Below are positions 1 through 12,339 of a stretch of DNA of 64,000 nt, piece by piece. The stretch's first letter is position 1, and every line of letters starts with the position of its first letter. This DNA is from Raja brachyura (lineage: Eukaryota), in contig OY740811.1 of the NCBI GenBank assembly GCA_963514005.1, positions 18,104,001-18,168,000 of the forward strand, written 5' to 3'. A program made the translations under genes and the position numbers. Below the pieces are notes generated by a model. It was not told the DNA's origin. It saw nothing but the letters and a program-made list of their open reading frames with translations, and made no database searches.

Positions 1-104
1 TCTTCAGACTGAACAAGAGTCTGGACCCGAAACATCATCCATTCCTTCTCTCCAGAGATGCTGCCGGTCCCGCTAAGTTACTCCTACATTTTGTGTCCAT
101 CTTC

Positions 105-219
105 AAATGACGTCACGCGCTCCAGACGGCTGTGTGGACGCATGATGACGCACGCGACCGTCGTGCGTCAGTCACTACCGGCCTGTCGCATAAATGATGG
201 CCCAAGTGGGACAGGCCCT
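105..219. mobile_element. Truncated right end of the same MITE family
   Basis: Ends CCCAAGTGGGACAGGCCCT, CpG-rich. The left side abuts a Penelope-derived repeat at 1-104. Confidence 0.6.
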
Positions 220-224
220 TCATG

Positions 225-1300
225 ATCATCTGTGAACACTCTTTTTCAAATTTCATAATGGAGGAAGGACATTGAAGAGAATTGGTCTTTGGACAACTCT
301 TTCTGGTGATCCCCAAGTTATTGTGTGTATTGTTAATAATGGTCGTGTGATCAATGAATAGAATGCAGTGACATCTTTGCTTTCACTTGAACTGGATGGG
401 GATTATTCATCTTTCCACCACAGTTGTTACAAATTATTTGTCAGCTCAAGATTTAATGTTGCGATGGGCTGCTCCAACTTTGGAAGTGGTGTGGATACAA
501 GTGAGCCTCATGGAATCTTTAGTGACAAAGCCTTCGAATGGTCATGTTGACGATGCTTCCATGAGGAACTTGCAATGAACGTGTGAGGCTGCAATGATGC
601 CAACAAGCATAACTATCATCCTCTGTACCAAGTATAACTCAAGATTTCCCAAAGAGCCTCATTGATCAAGTTTTATTGGACTATCATGTATTATTATGCA
701 ATCAAAAACTCCCTTGCTGACAGGCAATGCTTCAGCCTGCATGCTGGTCTTCAGCTCTTGGGGGAATAACTGGTTCAGAATGTGAGGAAATATGAATCTA
801 ATGGATTTATTGAAACTGGAGCTAAATGCTGAATGAAAAGGATATGGGAGATATTGAATCATGGTTGCATTATATTCTCCATCCATCAAGTGATTTATCC
901 TACTCTCAGCAGATGGGACATATCTGGACCATCTTTTACACAATACGTCAGTTGCAGTTGTGCTCCTTGGTGTTTGGGTGCTGCTCAGTCTTGCCTAAAG
1001 AGCTCTCTTTTTGTGCCTCTTGATCCTTTGACCGTGATCTCGTTTCAAAACCATTCAAGACATTTATTCATACCTGTTTTGTCTTTGCGGGAGTATTATT
1101 CATGATGACTAGTTCTACATGCAGAGAGATGGGGAAGAGCATCTGTCCACAATGTTGCCAATAAATTGTATAAACAATGATATCAACATTCATTCACACA
1201 TCTTTTTTGAAAATACAGCTGGTATCATGATCACTAGTGTTGAAAGAAAGAGTTCATATTCCAAGTAGGACTTTAACCAGTGATAGCAAAAACAAGTCAA
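225..1300 (-). mobile_element. Highly decayed LINE RT remnant
   Basis: Minus-strand traces resembling PILFNV and VFTDD near 225-315. Otherwise heavily decayed. Confidence 0.3.
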
Positions 1301-4300
1301 GCAGCAGACGTAGTTGACCACGTGCACTTAGAAGGTCATTGGAATTCTCTTGGGTGTTCTGCTAGAAAATTAATGAGCACACGTTCACACGTAGGTGAAC
1401 CAGAGCAACAGGTTAAAAGGTTAACTAATTGAACAAAGGCTATCAATGCGATGTGGTATCTCGGCTGGTATCAGTCAGAGCGAGCAATAGAAGGATGCAA
1501 TCAAAATAAGTTACAAACAGAAAACAGGCTTGAAATTTGGAATTGGAATAATTATTCCTTTACAAATGAAAGATGCGTTGCTGGATGTTTTTGGACCATT
1601 TTATGTTCTTCTCAACAAATATGAATCAGCATTGCCATTGGCTGTAAGAGTGTAGAGATGGCACAAGTATATTAACAGTCGGGCTTGCTCAAAGCCCCAT
1701 CAACTGGGCAAGCAGCAAAGAATGACCACTCCTGTTTGTTTACAGAGAAAAAACAACTTAACCTCCATTATGTTGATGGTGCTTGATGTTACGGTTACTT
1801 TTCAGATATTGTACATTCTGGACAATTATTGCAAAGCTTAGAAAAAGAGTAATTGTGAGTTGGGATCGTGTTGAATTCATGACTACTATTTAAGTGATAT
1901 TTCTACATTGTGTTTACGTTGACATGTGTTTTTACCTTGATGTCAATAAAAAATCCTAATTAAATCAATTCTATCCACTAATTTGTAATTGGTCTACGTA
2001 CAAGACTTGCACACGGACTTGCACACGGTTTCAATCTATGGTCACCATCTGTTGCTAGCTGACCACGTTCAAACTTGTCCCACTGCGATTTCCTGAGTGG
2101 TGGGATAGCTCACAGACTTTGTCCAAATATGTTGGAATAACACCTTTAAACCAGTTTCATTGAGTCATACAACTTGGAAGCAGGCCCATGGGCCCAAATC
2201 CCATTCAAGCGCCCATTTGCACCAATCCCTTTTTGTATTTTTCCCATATGCCCATCAGTTTGCCGTGCCCCGATATTCCACCACTCCCATACACACCGGT
2301 GGCCAAATAAATGACCAACCCAAACATCTTTGGGAAACAGGAAGAAACTGGGGAGCCCGTGCAGTCACAGGGAGAACGCGCAGACGCCACACAGACAGCA
2401 CCGGAGGTGAGGATCGAAGCCACATCGCTGGTGCTGCCAATGACCTGCATGACTGCCGCCCCAGACACCGAGTTGCAAAGATGACAATTAATCATTCCAT
2501 TAAGGTGTACACGTAACACCATCGACATCACAGGACTGCATGGCAGAACATCAATCAGTCATCTGACAGGTGAGAAGCTAATAGCCCCCGTGAATCAATG
2601 GGATACGGACTTGTACTGTACCTCAGAGGAGCCTGCAATGACAGCCCACTGGTTTTGGTTTTGAGTGGGATGCAGTCATTGCTTTTTTTAAATCTGGCCT
2701 TTTAGTAGAAACTAAACCTACACGAATGATTGCCACTGTTGGCAAGTTTACTGAGGTCAGCACAGTGAACTGTGGCATGACTTCAGCTATTGCAAAGCTG
2801 TGCCTCATTAATTCACGGAGATATACTGTAGTATTCTTTGACATACTGTAAATTGTCAGATGACCAAGTGGTGTATAAAGTTACAGTGTGGGTGATCGGA
2901 TATTCACATTACACAAGTAAAGTCCTACACCTGGACACTTCAGCTGCCCTAACTCAGTCGGAGCTTTGACCATCTGATATGTTTACAACATTAGGAACAG
3001 AAGAACCCAATTAAAAATCTCTTTGCAAGCTGTTTAAATAGACCAATGTCAATCAAATTCTTAGCCCCTGTTTTTGAGAGGGTTTACAGTGAAGTGAATT
3101 GCAGGAGCAGCTGTGTTGCAGAGCAGATACCCTCCATACAACATGTTAAATGATTTCTGCTTTCTACAGTTCTACTCACAAATTGTGTTGAACTCTGGGT
3201 GTTGGTGGCAGTGAAAGAAGCTGCTCGGCTCAAGGCTGAAGCAGTGGAGAACTAATTCCAGCCCTCCTCTTGTCCACACCACAACACAGGGCTTCTGCCC
3301 TTACTGTGAGCTATAGACAGATGGGTCCTCGCACCATTGAAGCAGTGATTATTGCAACCAGTTGGAGCAGAGGACCATTCAGTTGCTGCTGGTGCCGTTC
3401 ACTGGGGCGACGTGAACTTGATCCACTTTATATTGGATCAAGTAAACCCTGGATTTGTGTGGGACAGGCAAGAACCCTGCCACACAAGTCCACATACATT
3501 GCCCCAGAGTCCATGTATCCTTGTTGGTTCTTGTTACTCGTAACCACAGGGAAGAGATGACCTTGAGCGTTTTTGAGTTAAACAGTCTCAGCTGTCAATA
3601 CAACCTTTAACCTGCTTAGCATAGGAATCTTGGACCTTCCAATTTCTCGCCATTGATTCTGAAGAAGGGACTCTACCCGAAACGCCACCTATTCCTTCGC
3701 TCCATAGATGCTGCCTCACCCGCTGAGTTTCTCCAGCATTTATGTCTACCCTCTATCCGTTGATTGGTGCCTTATAATTGGTAAGTTTAAAGCTCGAATT
3801 GATGAGATTGTCCACCGACTGGTAGAAAGTGACAATCAGCGAGGTAATCTGGTCATGATGAATGCCTTGTTATACATAACTCCTTGTTACTTTTTCTGCA
3901 GGCGTGCAAGAACATTTGTTGAAGTACATTGTCATCTTGATAATTGTATCACATGTGCTTCTAAAACTTTACCTCATTTAAGACCAAGGGCATTTACTAC
4001 AGTTAATGCAGTAAAGTGTTTATAGATTCAGACCTGTTGTCTTGGTGCAAGAATTGTTCTGGTTGGCTACACAGAGGGTAAGCCACTTACTTTAAGGTAA
4101 GAGCCTGTGATATGTAGGACAGCTCCTGCAATTGTAGTTTTATTTCTACCATCCTTTCCACACTGCTGGGAAGTGTTGCTTTGCTGGGCTAGTTGGAACT
4201 CAAGCTATCCCCATTACCTTTGGGTGCTGGTGGCTTTATATGTGAAAGAAGTTCAATGTATATGAGGTGTGCATGCATGTGTGTGTATGCCTGTATGTAA

Positions 4301-7300
4301 TTATGTGCATTAATGCTCATATTCAGATGAAACAATAGTTACATAAGAAGTGTGACGTTACGCACATTCACTTGTGCAGTCTTTTGTAGCACGAGGTTTG
4401 TCTCCATTGTTTTGATAGTCGTGCAACTGGTCCAGTATCTGCTGTTGTCCACACATTGGACTGGATTCTTTGAGGGTGCTTTTTATTTACATAAAATTCC
4501 TGCCAATCAGTTTAGCTGAGAGAATGGAGCAAGTGTTAATATCATTCCTACATTAGAGCTAAGCACAGCTTTCTAGCATCCTTGCATCATTGGTCAGAAG
4601 TGATATTAGAAGTACTTCTGAGATCCTGGTGAACGTAGTGAGCTACAAAGGTGTTTTCATTTAGCCTTGTGTTCTGTTTGCTTCACACAGAGTTATTATT
4701 TGCTCTGGCAGCCAGCAGAATTTGCTCACAGATGTGCTGCTTAACTTGTTGCGTGGCTTTGCACAGTTGAGTCCAGTACTCTAATTCAGATTGTCTGAAT
4801 AATTCCCCAGGAGTCAAAGCATTTAAAAAGTTGCAATTTAGTTTTTAAAGGCAAAGCAAAAGTGTAGAACAGTAATTCATTTTTTCGGTCAAGTCACTGT
4901 TACATGGCCAAGTGCTGTTGCTCTAATTACTCTTTGTCATACTGGTTGTTATCAGGACATAAGCACAGAAAAGCAAGAGAAGAGTGACAGCTCAGCGATT
5001 AATATTGCCAAAGATATCTAATAATCTCTGCTGCTCTACTTTAAAACATACTTTGATTTGCTGCCCTATTGCTAGTGTTGTGTCCCATTGCTAGTGTTGT
5101 GTATAGTTGGTGGTGGGGAACGTTTACTGGTGCCGTGTCAGCTTTGCTGCTTGCGATGTTTTCTACCTTCAGCTTGCCACATGTAATTATGCTGACGGAA
5201 CAAAATGGCTGCTTCTGCCACGGTGTAGAAGCAACATCTTTTTTAAACACGCTCTGGCATGTTGCTCTGGGGAAATGGGAGCTGATTAATTATCGTTGCG
5301 TTGTGAAGAGTTATTACAATGTGTCTATTGGCTTGTAATTTTCCAATATCCATCCCAAGTAAATTGCAAGTTAATGGTCCGCTACGACTAATTTATGCTT
5401 TTTACAATTGTTGAATAATGAACCAAAATTAGATCAGAAAAAAAAGTCTGAAAACTGCAGAGAAGTGATAAATCATTGAAACAACACAAACCTTCCCTTC
5501 AGCTACAATAATGGAAGCAACTATAGTAAACCCATGTTCTGGTGCAGTCAATCACAAAGTCCAGAAAGGGATTGTATGCTTGATGGTGTCTCTGATATAA
5601 AACTCTCCATTTCGTCCCCATTTGCCTGTTCTCTTCCATTAGCATTTCCAAAGTTTTCATTTTTTGGTAAATATCCAATTCTCCTTTAAACATTTTTATT
5701 GATTCTGCCACTATCTCCCACTTGGTCCTTACTCCAGATGTCATAAATGTAAATCACTTTGTTATAGGCAAACAACTATTCCCTTACTTACCCTTTGAGA
5801 TTCTCTTCTAATCCCTCCTTAATCCGTGATCAGATCTCCTGTGCATGAGGAAGAACATTCCTAATGTCTGTAGTCTCCAGATGTGACCGAAGCTGACTCG
5901 TGGCTTTCCTGGAACTGGGCTTGGATGGCCTGATTGCACATCATTCTCCGAAGAACATTTAGGACACTGACATTAATTAGGGTGTAAATTTTGCACAAAC
6001 AGCTGGAACCAATAGCCCTGGCAAACCGCCTAAATACAAGGAGGCACGAGAGATTGCAGATGCTGAAATCTGGAGCGAAATACAATTGGGGAGGAATTCA
6101 GTGGATGGAGCAGCATCTTGAGAGGAAAGGAATGGTTGACATTTCGAGTCAAACTGTTGACTATTTCTCCCACCTTCCCATTGATTGTGCTTGACCCATT
6201 GAGTTCCTCCAGCAGATTGTTTGTTGGTCCAAATACAATTTTGGTCAAGTGGGCATTGGGTGAGAGTGATGTCCTTTCACTGAGGATCAAGAATAAAGCC
6301 TTCCTGCAGATGATGAATCAAAATTAAAATCCCACATAAATTGACTCTCGTCTGGGCTCAAAGAAAGTTCACATGCACCCAACTTTGGATTATGTTTTAA
6401 GAATTGTTTCTAATCTCTCTTTCCAATACCTGTTGCAGATGTGCTCCAGGATACACTGGGAACCCCATATATGGACAGCGCTGCACCAGTAAGTCTTGAA
6501 ACCTTGCAATTCTCCAACAGCTTGTATTTTCTCGTTCCTGGCAGTTGAAATTAAATTAAGTGTAAGGATAAGGTCACAGGCCCAGATGGATTCCACCCAA
6601 TGGATCACAGCGGAAGGAGATGGCAGAGTAATCTAGCTTTACAGTATAACATTCAGCAGAGAAATCAATAGTCATATAGGACATTAAGGCAATGTAAAGA
6701 AAGATAGCACTGATCTAGGAACTCACAACCGGTCCAACGACTTGAAGTGATTAGGAGCTTGCCAACAGATCAAATAACAAAACATCCAGAACACGTGAAA
6801 TAGGAGCAGGAGTCTACCATCTGGACCTTCGAGCCTGCTACACCATTCAAGATTATGAATGACCTTGAGTCATACAGCATGGAAACAGGCCCTTCAATCC
6901 AACTTGCCCACGCGGACCAACATGCCCCATCTGCACTAGTCCCACCTGCCTGCATCTAGCCCATATCTCTCTAAACCTATCTCATCCATATACCTGTGTA
7001 AATGTTTCCTAAACGTTGCAATAGTGCCTGCCTCGACTACCTGCGGATGATGTAGGAACGATGTACCTGCACTAAAGACCTTCTAAGTTACGTTAATTTC
7101 TCTGCACGATCCCAATATCTCTCAATTCCCTTAATGTCTCAGAATCTATTGAATCTTGCTTTGAATAAACTCAACAGCTGAGCTTCTACAGTTGCCTGAT
7201 ACAGAGAATTCATTTGGAGAATATAATAAAACATGTCAACATATATCTGTAAAGAGAAATTGTTATTTAATCAACATTTTTATACTGAGGAAATAAGAGA

Positions 7301-7423
7301 AATGAAGAACTGTTTGAAAATTGAAAAATGGATATTTTTATTCTATTGAAATTTAGGACTTTATGTTAGCATTTCCGCTCTTCATAAACTGACAAATAAT
7401 GTCTGATGTGATTGTTTGCTCAG

Positions 7424-7500
7424 TTGCAGGTCGTTGTACTTGTGATTGGAGAGGCAGCATTGAAACCCAGTGTGATGCCAGTGGAAACTGTCGATGCAAG
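7424..7500 (+). CDS. HSPG2: Perlecan exon, laminin EGF repeat (AGRCTCDWRGSIETQCDASGNCRCK)
   Basis: cag acceptor (an alternative in-frame acceptor would start at 7430) and AAG|gtaaag donor. Resembles human perlecan CNCDPQGSVSSQCDAAGQCQCK as recalled. Confidence 0.88.
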
Positions 7501-7889
7501 GTAAAGGATATCTCCTGTCACTGAAGCAGTGTACCTGACCTACACAAGTGGTCCAATGATTAAAAATCCATTTTACAAAATAATGTACCAAATATTAGAA
7601 TAGCACATCGGAAGGTTATATTTTGAAAAGGTGTTTGTTTCCATTGGGTATAGGAAAATGAATTGCAGCAGTTTGTTATCACAAGAAGGGGATGCACTTT
7701 TACACCAGACCCTCATTCCAGTAGCGGAGAGCTAAGATCCTCCGAGACAAACAGTAACCTGTGCCTTTTCACCATGAGATGCAGCTGATGTAGGTGATAT
7801 TTAGACTGGCAGATATGTAGGTTCACACAGGAATAACAACTACCTGAGCAATACATCGGTACATAAATCATGTGGGTCTCTAGGAGAAA

Positions 7890-8525
7890 AGAGACTACAA
7901 ATGCTGAGATGTTGCAAGGATGACCTACTGGAGGGATTCCTTGGGTCAGGAACGACTGTGGAAGGAAATGGACAGTGGATATTTCAGGTTGACCTTTAAC
8001 CTGGACAGAAAGAGTTGAAGAGACATGGCCAGGGTAAAGAGGTGACAGGAAGTGGTGGGGCAAGAGTTGGCCAGCTATAGGTGGATCTATATGATGAGGG
8101 ATTAATTGGCCGATGGAGTCAGCGGGAAGGGTGGAGATTGAGTCAGAGGCTGGAAGGTGGGCAGAGGTGGAGGCATCGAAGAGCAGCAGATTATGAAATT
8201 TGATAAGAAAGGAAGGTGGAGAGTGGAACCAAATAAGGGAGGGACAGTGGGTAGATCAGCACAGGGGAGGGGAAGGGCTCGGGGACCCAGTGGGAGGAAT
8301 TTGTGAATGATGGGAAGATGATAGGTGGGATAGGCACAAGAAACTGGGTGTTGGGGGCGAGGGGGTTCCATTGATTTGGAATAAAGGGACGGACGGTGTG
8401 AAAGGATCTGGATAGACCAGGAGAGAGAAAATGACAGAACGGAAGCAGGTTAAACTAATTTGGAGAATTCAATGTTCATGGTGTTGGGTTGTGGCCTACC
8501 CAGGCAGAATAGAAGAGCCACTTTA
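7890..8525 (-). mobile_element. Penelope-like element 3' remnant
   Basis: Minus-strand LFCLGRPQPNTMNIEFSKL resembles the C-terminus of the Penelope GIY-YIG ORF (LIFRLG.LQP.G.N.EF), followed by pyrimidine-rich UTR and the short terminal repeat. Confidence 0.6.
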
Positions 8526-8899
8526 GCAGTGAAGGGAAGGAGAAGAAACTGACACAAAGAGCTATGAAAATGAATGAATTTTAGGTTTTTTGTGGTAGCC
8601 TGGAAGCGGACACACCACGACCATTGGAGGTGGGACAAACAAGGAGTCCTCGCGACTGAGAAAAGACTGATTTGGGCTCCGAGATCACATTCCCAAATGA
8701 AGTGCTTTCTACATGGCAGTGGAGCATAGATTAGTCTCATAGAAAACAGCACAGAAATGGGCCCTTTTGGCCCACCTAGTCCATGATGACCGTCTATTCT
8801 AATGCAACCTAGTCAGAAAACAAAACTCAATAGATGTGAGAATTAGAGCCACAGAATGTGGTGGTCTTAATCTGCACACCGCCCTGACCCACATCAGGC

Positions 8900-9350
8900 T
8901 CGCTGTTAGGATCTCCATATCTCTCCGTCGTCCCACCAGTTCCACTATCCGCATCCTTGTATCCCTCTCGTGACCACGCCTTCCCCAGCCAACAATGGGC
9001 CATTGTGGGCTCCACCCTTCCTGAGGTCATCTGTTGCCAGCCCTGATGTCTTCTGGCCTTTTCTCACCTCGATTCCCACCCCGCTCCCCACCAACCTCTA
9101 CTCCCAGTCTGAAGACCACCAACAAATTAGTAAAAGATTATTCCTCCTGAGAAGGTATCGTGCTAACAATCTGGATCAAATGCCTTCACCACCAGATAGG
9201 GACCTCAAAAGACATACCCATTTAAGAAGGGTCTCGACCTGAAATATCACCCATTCTTTCTCTGCAGAGATGCTGCCTGTCACACTGCGTTACTCTGGCA
9301 TTTGGTGTCTATCTATGGTGTAAACTACCATCTGCAGTGACTTCCTACCC
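8900..9350 (+). mobile_element. Penelope-like 3' UTR and terminal repeat fragment (paralogue at ~9625-9870)
   Basis: Shares CCTTCCCCAGCCAACAATGGGCCATTGTGGGCTCCACCCTT with ~9740-9780 and ends in the GAAGGGTCTCGACC repeat. Confidence 0.6.
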
Positions 9351-9446
9351 CATTTACACCCCTCAGCTTTAGTATGGTATATGACGAGTGTTAAATGTTT
9401 CTGGAGTTCAAGTTCATCTTGATGACATGTTTGTTTTTAATTCCAG

Positions 9447-9587
9447 CCCCATGTGGAAGGCCCGACTTGTGACACTTGTAAACGTGGCCACTTCTACCTG
9501 AGCACGGAGAACAGAGAGGGGTGCCTGCCATGTTTCTGCATGGGAGTGACCCAGCATTGCAGCAGCTCCCCCTACTACAGGAAACTG
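9447..9587 (+). CDS. HSPG2: Perlecan exon (PHVEGPTCDTCKRGHFYLSTENREGCLPCFCMGVTQHCSSSPYYRKL)
   Basis: ttccag acceptor, gtaggt donor, phase 0/0. The GCLPCFCMG motif is typical of perlecan domain III. Confidence 0.95.
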
Positions 9588-10035
9588 GTAGGTCAATGTC
9601 CGTTCCGCTAAGTGGGAAACTGCCTGATTTCTCTAATTTCAAGTATCTCCTGCGTTCCCTCCCCTCTCCCACCCCCTCCCCCACCTAGTCATACTACCAG
9701 TTCCACGATTCACATCCTTGTATTCCTCTCATTATCACACCTTCCCCAGCCAACAATGGGCCATTGTGGGCTCCACCCTTCATGAGGTCATTTGTTGCCA
9801 GCCCCAATTTGTTCCAGCCTCCAGTTTCCCTCCCCCCCCACTCCCACCTCTACTCCCTGTCTGAAGAATTTGGGTCCTGGTCTTGTGTGTCATTGATGTG
9901 GATAATTCCATCAGTTTTTATTGCTTGTGACTTCATTTTCCCAAGTCATATTCCCTTTTTAAATGGTCACACTGATTCCCAGCAAGACCTACACCTGCAG
10001 CCTCACTGGATAGTGGGCCTCCTTTCACGGAGCTA

Positions 10036-10660
10036 GAATGGGAAAGGATGCAGAGAAGATTTACAAAGATGTTGCCAGGATTCAAGAGCATGAGCTGCAG
10101 GAAGAGGTTGAGCAGACTAGGAATCTATTCCTTGGAGCACAGGAGGATGAGACACGATCTTATAGAGGTGTTCAAAAATCATGAGAGGAATAGATCGGGT
10201 AAATGCACAGTCTTTTGTCCAGAGTGGAAGAATCGAGAACCAGAGGATGTGAGTTTAAGGTGAGCGGGAAAGATTTAAAAGGAAGGTACACAAAAATGCT
10301 GGAGAAACTCAGCGGGTGCAGCAGCATCTATGGAGCGAAGGAAATAGGAAAAGGGCCTATTTCCTTCGCTCCATAGATGCTGCTGCACTCGCTGAGTTTC
10401 TCCAGCATTTTTGTGTACCTTCAATTTTCCAGCATCTGCAGTTCCTTCTTAAAGATTTAAAAGGAACCTGAGCAGTAACTTTTTTACACAACGAGCTGCT
10501 CGAGGGGATAGTAGAGGGAGGTGCTATCTCAACATTTAAGAAACATATAGACGGGTACGTGTATAAGACTGGATTAGAGGGATATGGGGCAAATGTTGGC
10601 AGATGGGACTAGTGTAGATGGGGCATGAATTGCCGAAGGGCCTGATTCCATGCTGTATGA
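10036..10660 (+). mobile_element. CR1 LINE 3' fragment
   Basis: QRRFTKMLPG..RLSRLGIYSLEHRRMRHDLIEVFK motif and CR1 3' tail. Confidence 0.85.
10285..10450. mobile_element. Inverted-repeat (hairpin) Penelope-derived insertion inside a CR1 fragment
   Basis: 16-bp TSD AAAGATTTAAAAGGAA at 10269-10284 and 10451-10466. 67-bp arms at 10282-10348 and 10356-10422. Confidence 0.8.
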
Positions 10661-11100
10661 CTGTGACCATGTTGCAAGTATGAATGGCTCTGGAATAGTG
10701 CAAAGGGAAATATTCTGAAAATGTAAAGATGTACAAAACATGGTTGGAGCTGCGTGGTTTGAACTGTTAGGATGTAGAATCCTGAGTTCAATGAGCTGGA
10801 ATTATCCTCCGTCAAATCCCAATGGTGTCCTGGTTGTGCACTTCACTCAGGGTGAACCCTCTATGACCCCTTCATAGAGGCAGACTTGAAACTTCAAGTT
10901 ATAGACCATCTGTATCCGGTACGGTCTGAAGAAGAACATTATCACCACATTCAGAAAGAGAAACATTTTGTTCCAATCTTTTTTATGCACTAAAGTAGCT
11001 TCCAGCTCCCTGATAACTTACTGCACATTCTGACGGTTCTGATGGGTGCAGTTACGTCCTTGTGTGAAACCCGGCTTTGTTAATCACCTGCCCATGTGAT

Positions 11101-11230
11101 CTGAAGAAGGGTCTCGACCCGAAACGTCACCCATTCCTTCACTCCAGAGATGCTGCCTGTCCCGCTGAGTGACTCCAGCTTTTTGTGTCTACCTTCGATT
11201 TAAGCCAGCATCAGCAGTTCCTTCCCACAC
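11101..11230 (+). repeat. Short Penelope-derived terminal repeat with hammerhead-like core
   Basis: CTGAAGA-AGGGTCTCGACCC-GAAACGTC at 11101-11128. Many related copies (e.g. ~1-100, 3658, 9225, 15472, 17367, 18420, 27153, 47160, 47404, 59010, 60396; minus strand 20950, 44679, 45569). Confidence 0.75.
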
Positions 11231-11519
11231 ATGCACATTAAATATTCCCAGTGGAGAGTCCGAATCCTCAGTGGATATTATGAGCTTTTCTTCACCCACT
11301 CATTTAGCCCCAGGTCATCTGGATGAACATGCCATTACTCACAAACTCCTTCATCTGCCAACATTAAAATAAATTGAAAGACTCGAAAACAAATCAAAAA
11401 CAAGAGCAATGTGCATCTGTCCCTAAAGTATCATTCACAACCAAGCTCTTCCTTTCTCTGCCATTTTGACACCATGGTTATTGTGCGGAGTAATTGTTTT
11501 ACTGCCTGATGGGTCTGGG

Positions 11520-12100
11520 AGTATTGAACAGTACAGCACAGGAATAGGCCCTTCAGCCCGCAATTACTGTGCCAGACATGATGCCGACCAACTGTTATCT
11601 GCCTGCACGTATTCCATATTCCTCTATTCTCTGAATATCCAAAAGCCTCTTAAAATGCCACTATTATATCTGCCACTATCACCACACCTGGTATGATGTT
11701 TTAGGCACCCACCACCCTCTGTGTAAAAAGACTTCACCCACACATCTCCCTTAAACTTTGCCCCTCACCTTAAAGTTCTGCCCACAAGTATTTGATATTT
11801 CCATCTTGGAGGAAAAAGGTTCTGACCATCTACCCTATCTATGCCTCTCATCATTTTATATACTTCTATCAGGTCTCCTCTCAACCTTCAGCGTTCCAGA
11901 GAAAATAATCCAAGTCTGTCCAAAATCTCCTGATAGTTAATTCCCTTTAATCCGGGCATCATTCTGGTAAACCTCGTGCAAAGCCTCCACTCCCTTCCTG
12001 TAATGGGGTGACCAGAACTACACACAAGACTCCAAATGCAACTTAGCAAAAGTCCTTTAAATCTGCATCAAGACTTGCTGACATTCACTGTATGCCCGTA
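11520..12100 (-). mobile_element. CR1 LINE 3' fragment
   Basis: Reverse complement of the CR1 RT end and tail (ACCACCCTCTGTGTAAAA, GACCAGAACTACACACAA). Confidence 0.75.
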
Positions 12101-12144
12101 TCCTATTGTCACTAATTGAAATGTCATCTTGGTAACTTCTGCAG

Positions 12145-12339
12145 GTCGCCAGTCCATTTGTTCCACCAAATAACTTCCAGAACTTCTCCCTGGTGAGCCG
12201 CCAGCGCACGACGCACATCACCTCCGGATTCACGGTGACGGTGAGAGAAGGCCAGCCGCAGCTCTCCTTCGGGCGCTTTGGGCAGTACACGCAGGAGTCC
12301 TACTACTGGCAGCTTCCGGAAGTCTTTCAAGGGGATAAG
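12145..12339 (+). CDS. HSPG2: Perlecan exon, start of third laminin IV module (VASPFVPPNNFQNFSLV...ESYYWQLPEVFQGDK)
   Basis: ctgcag acceptor, AAG|gtaagg donor, 195 nt, phase 0/0, YWQLP..QGDK motif. Confidence 0.95.
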
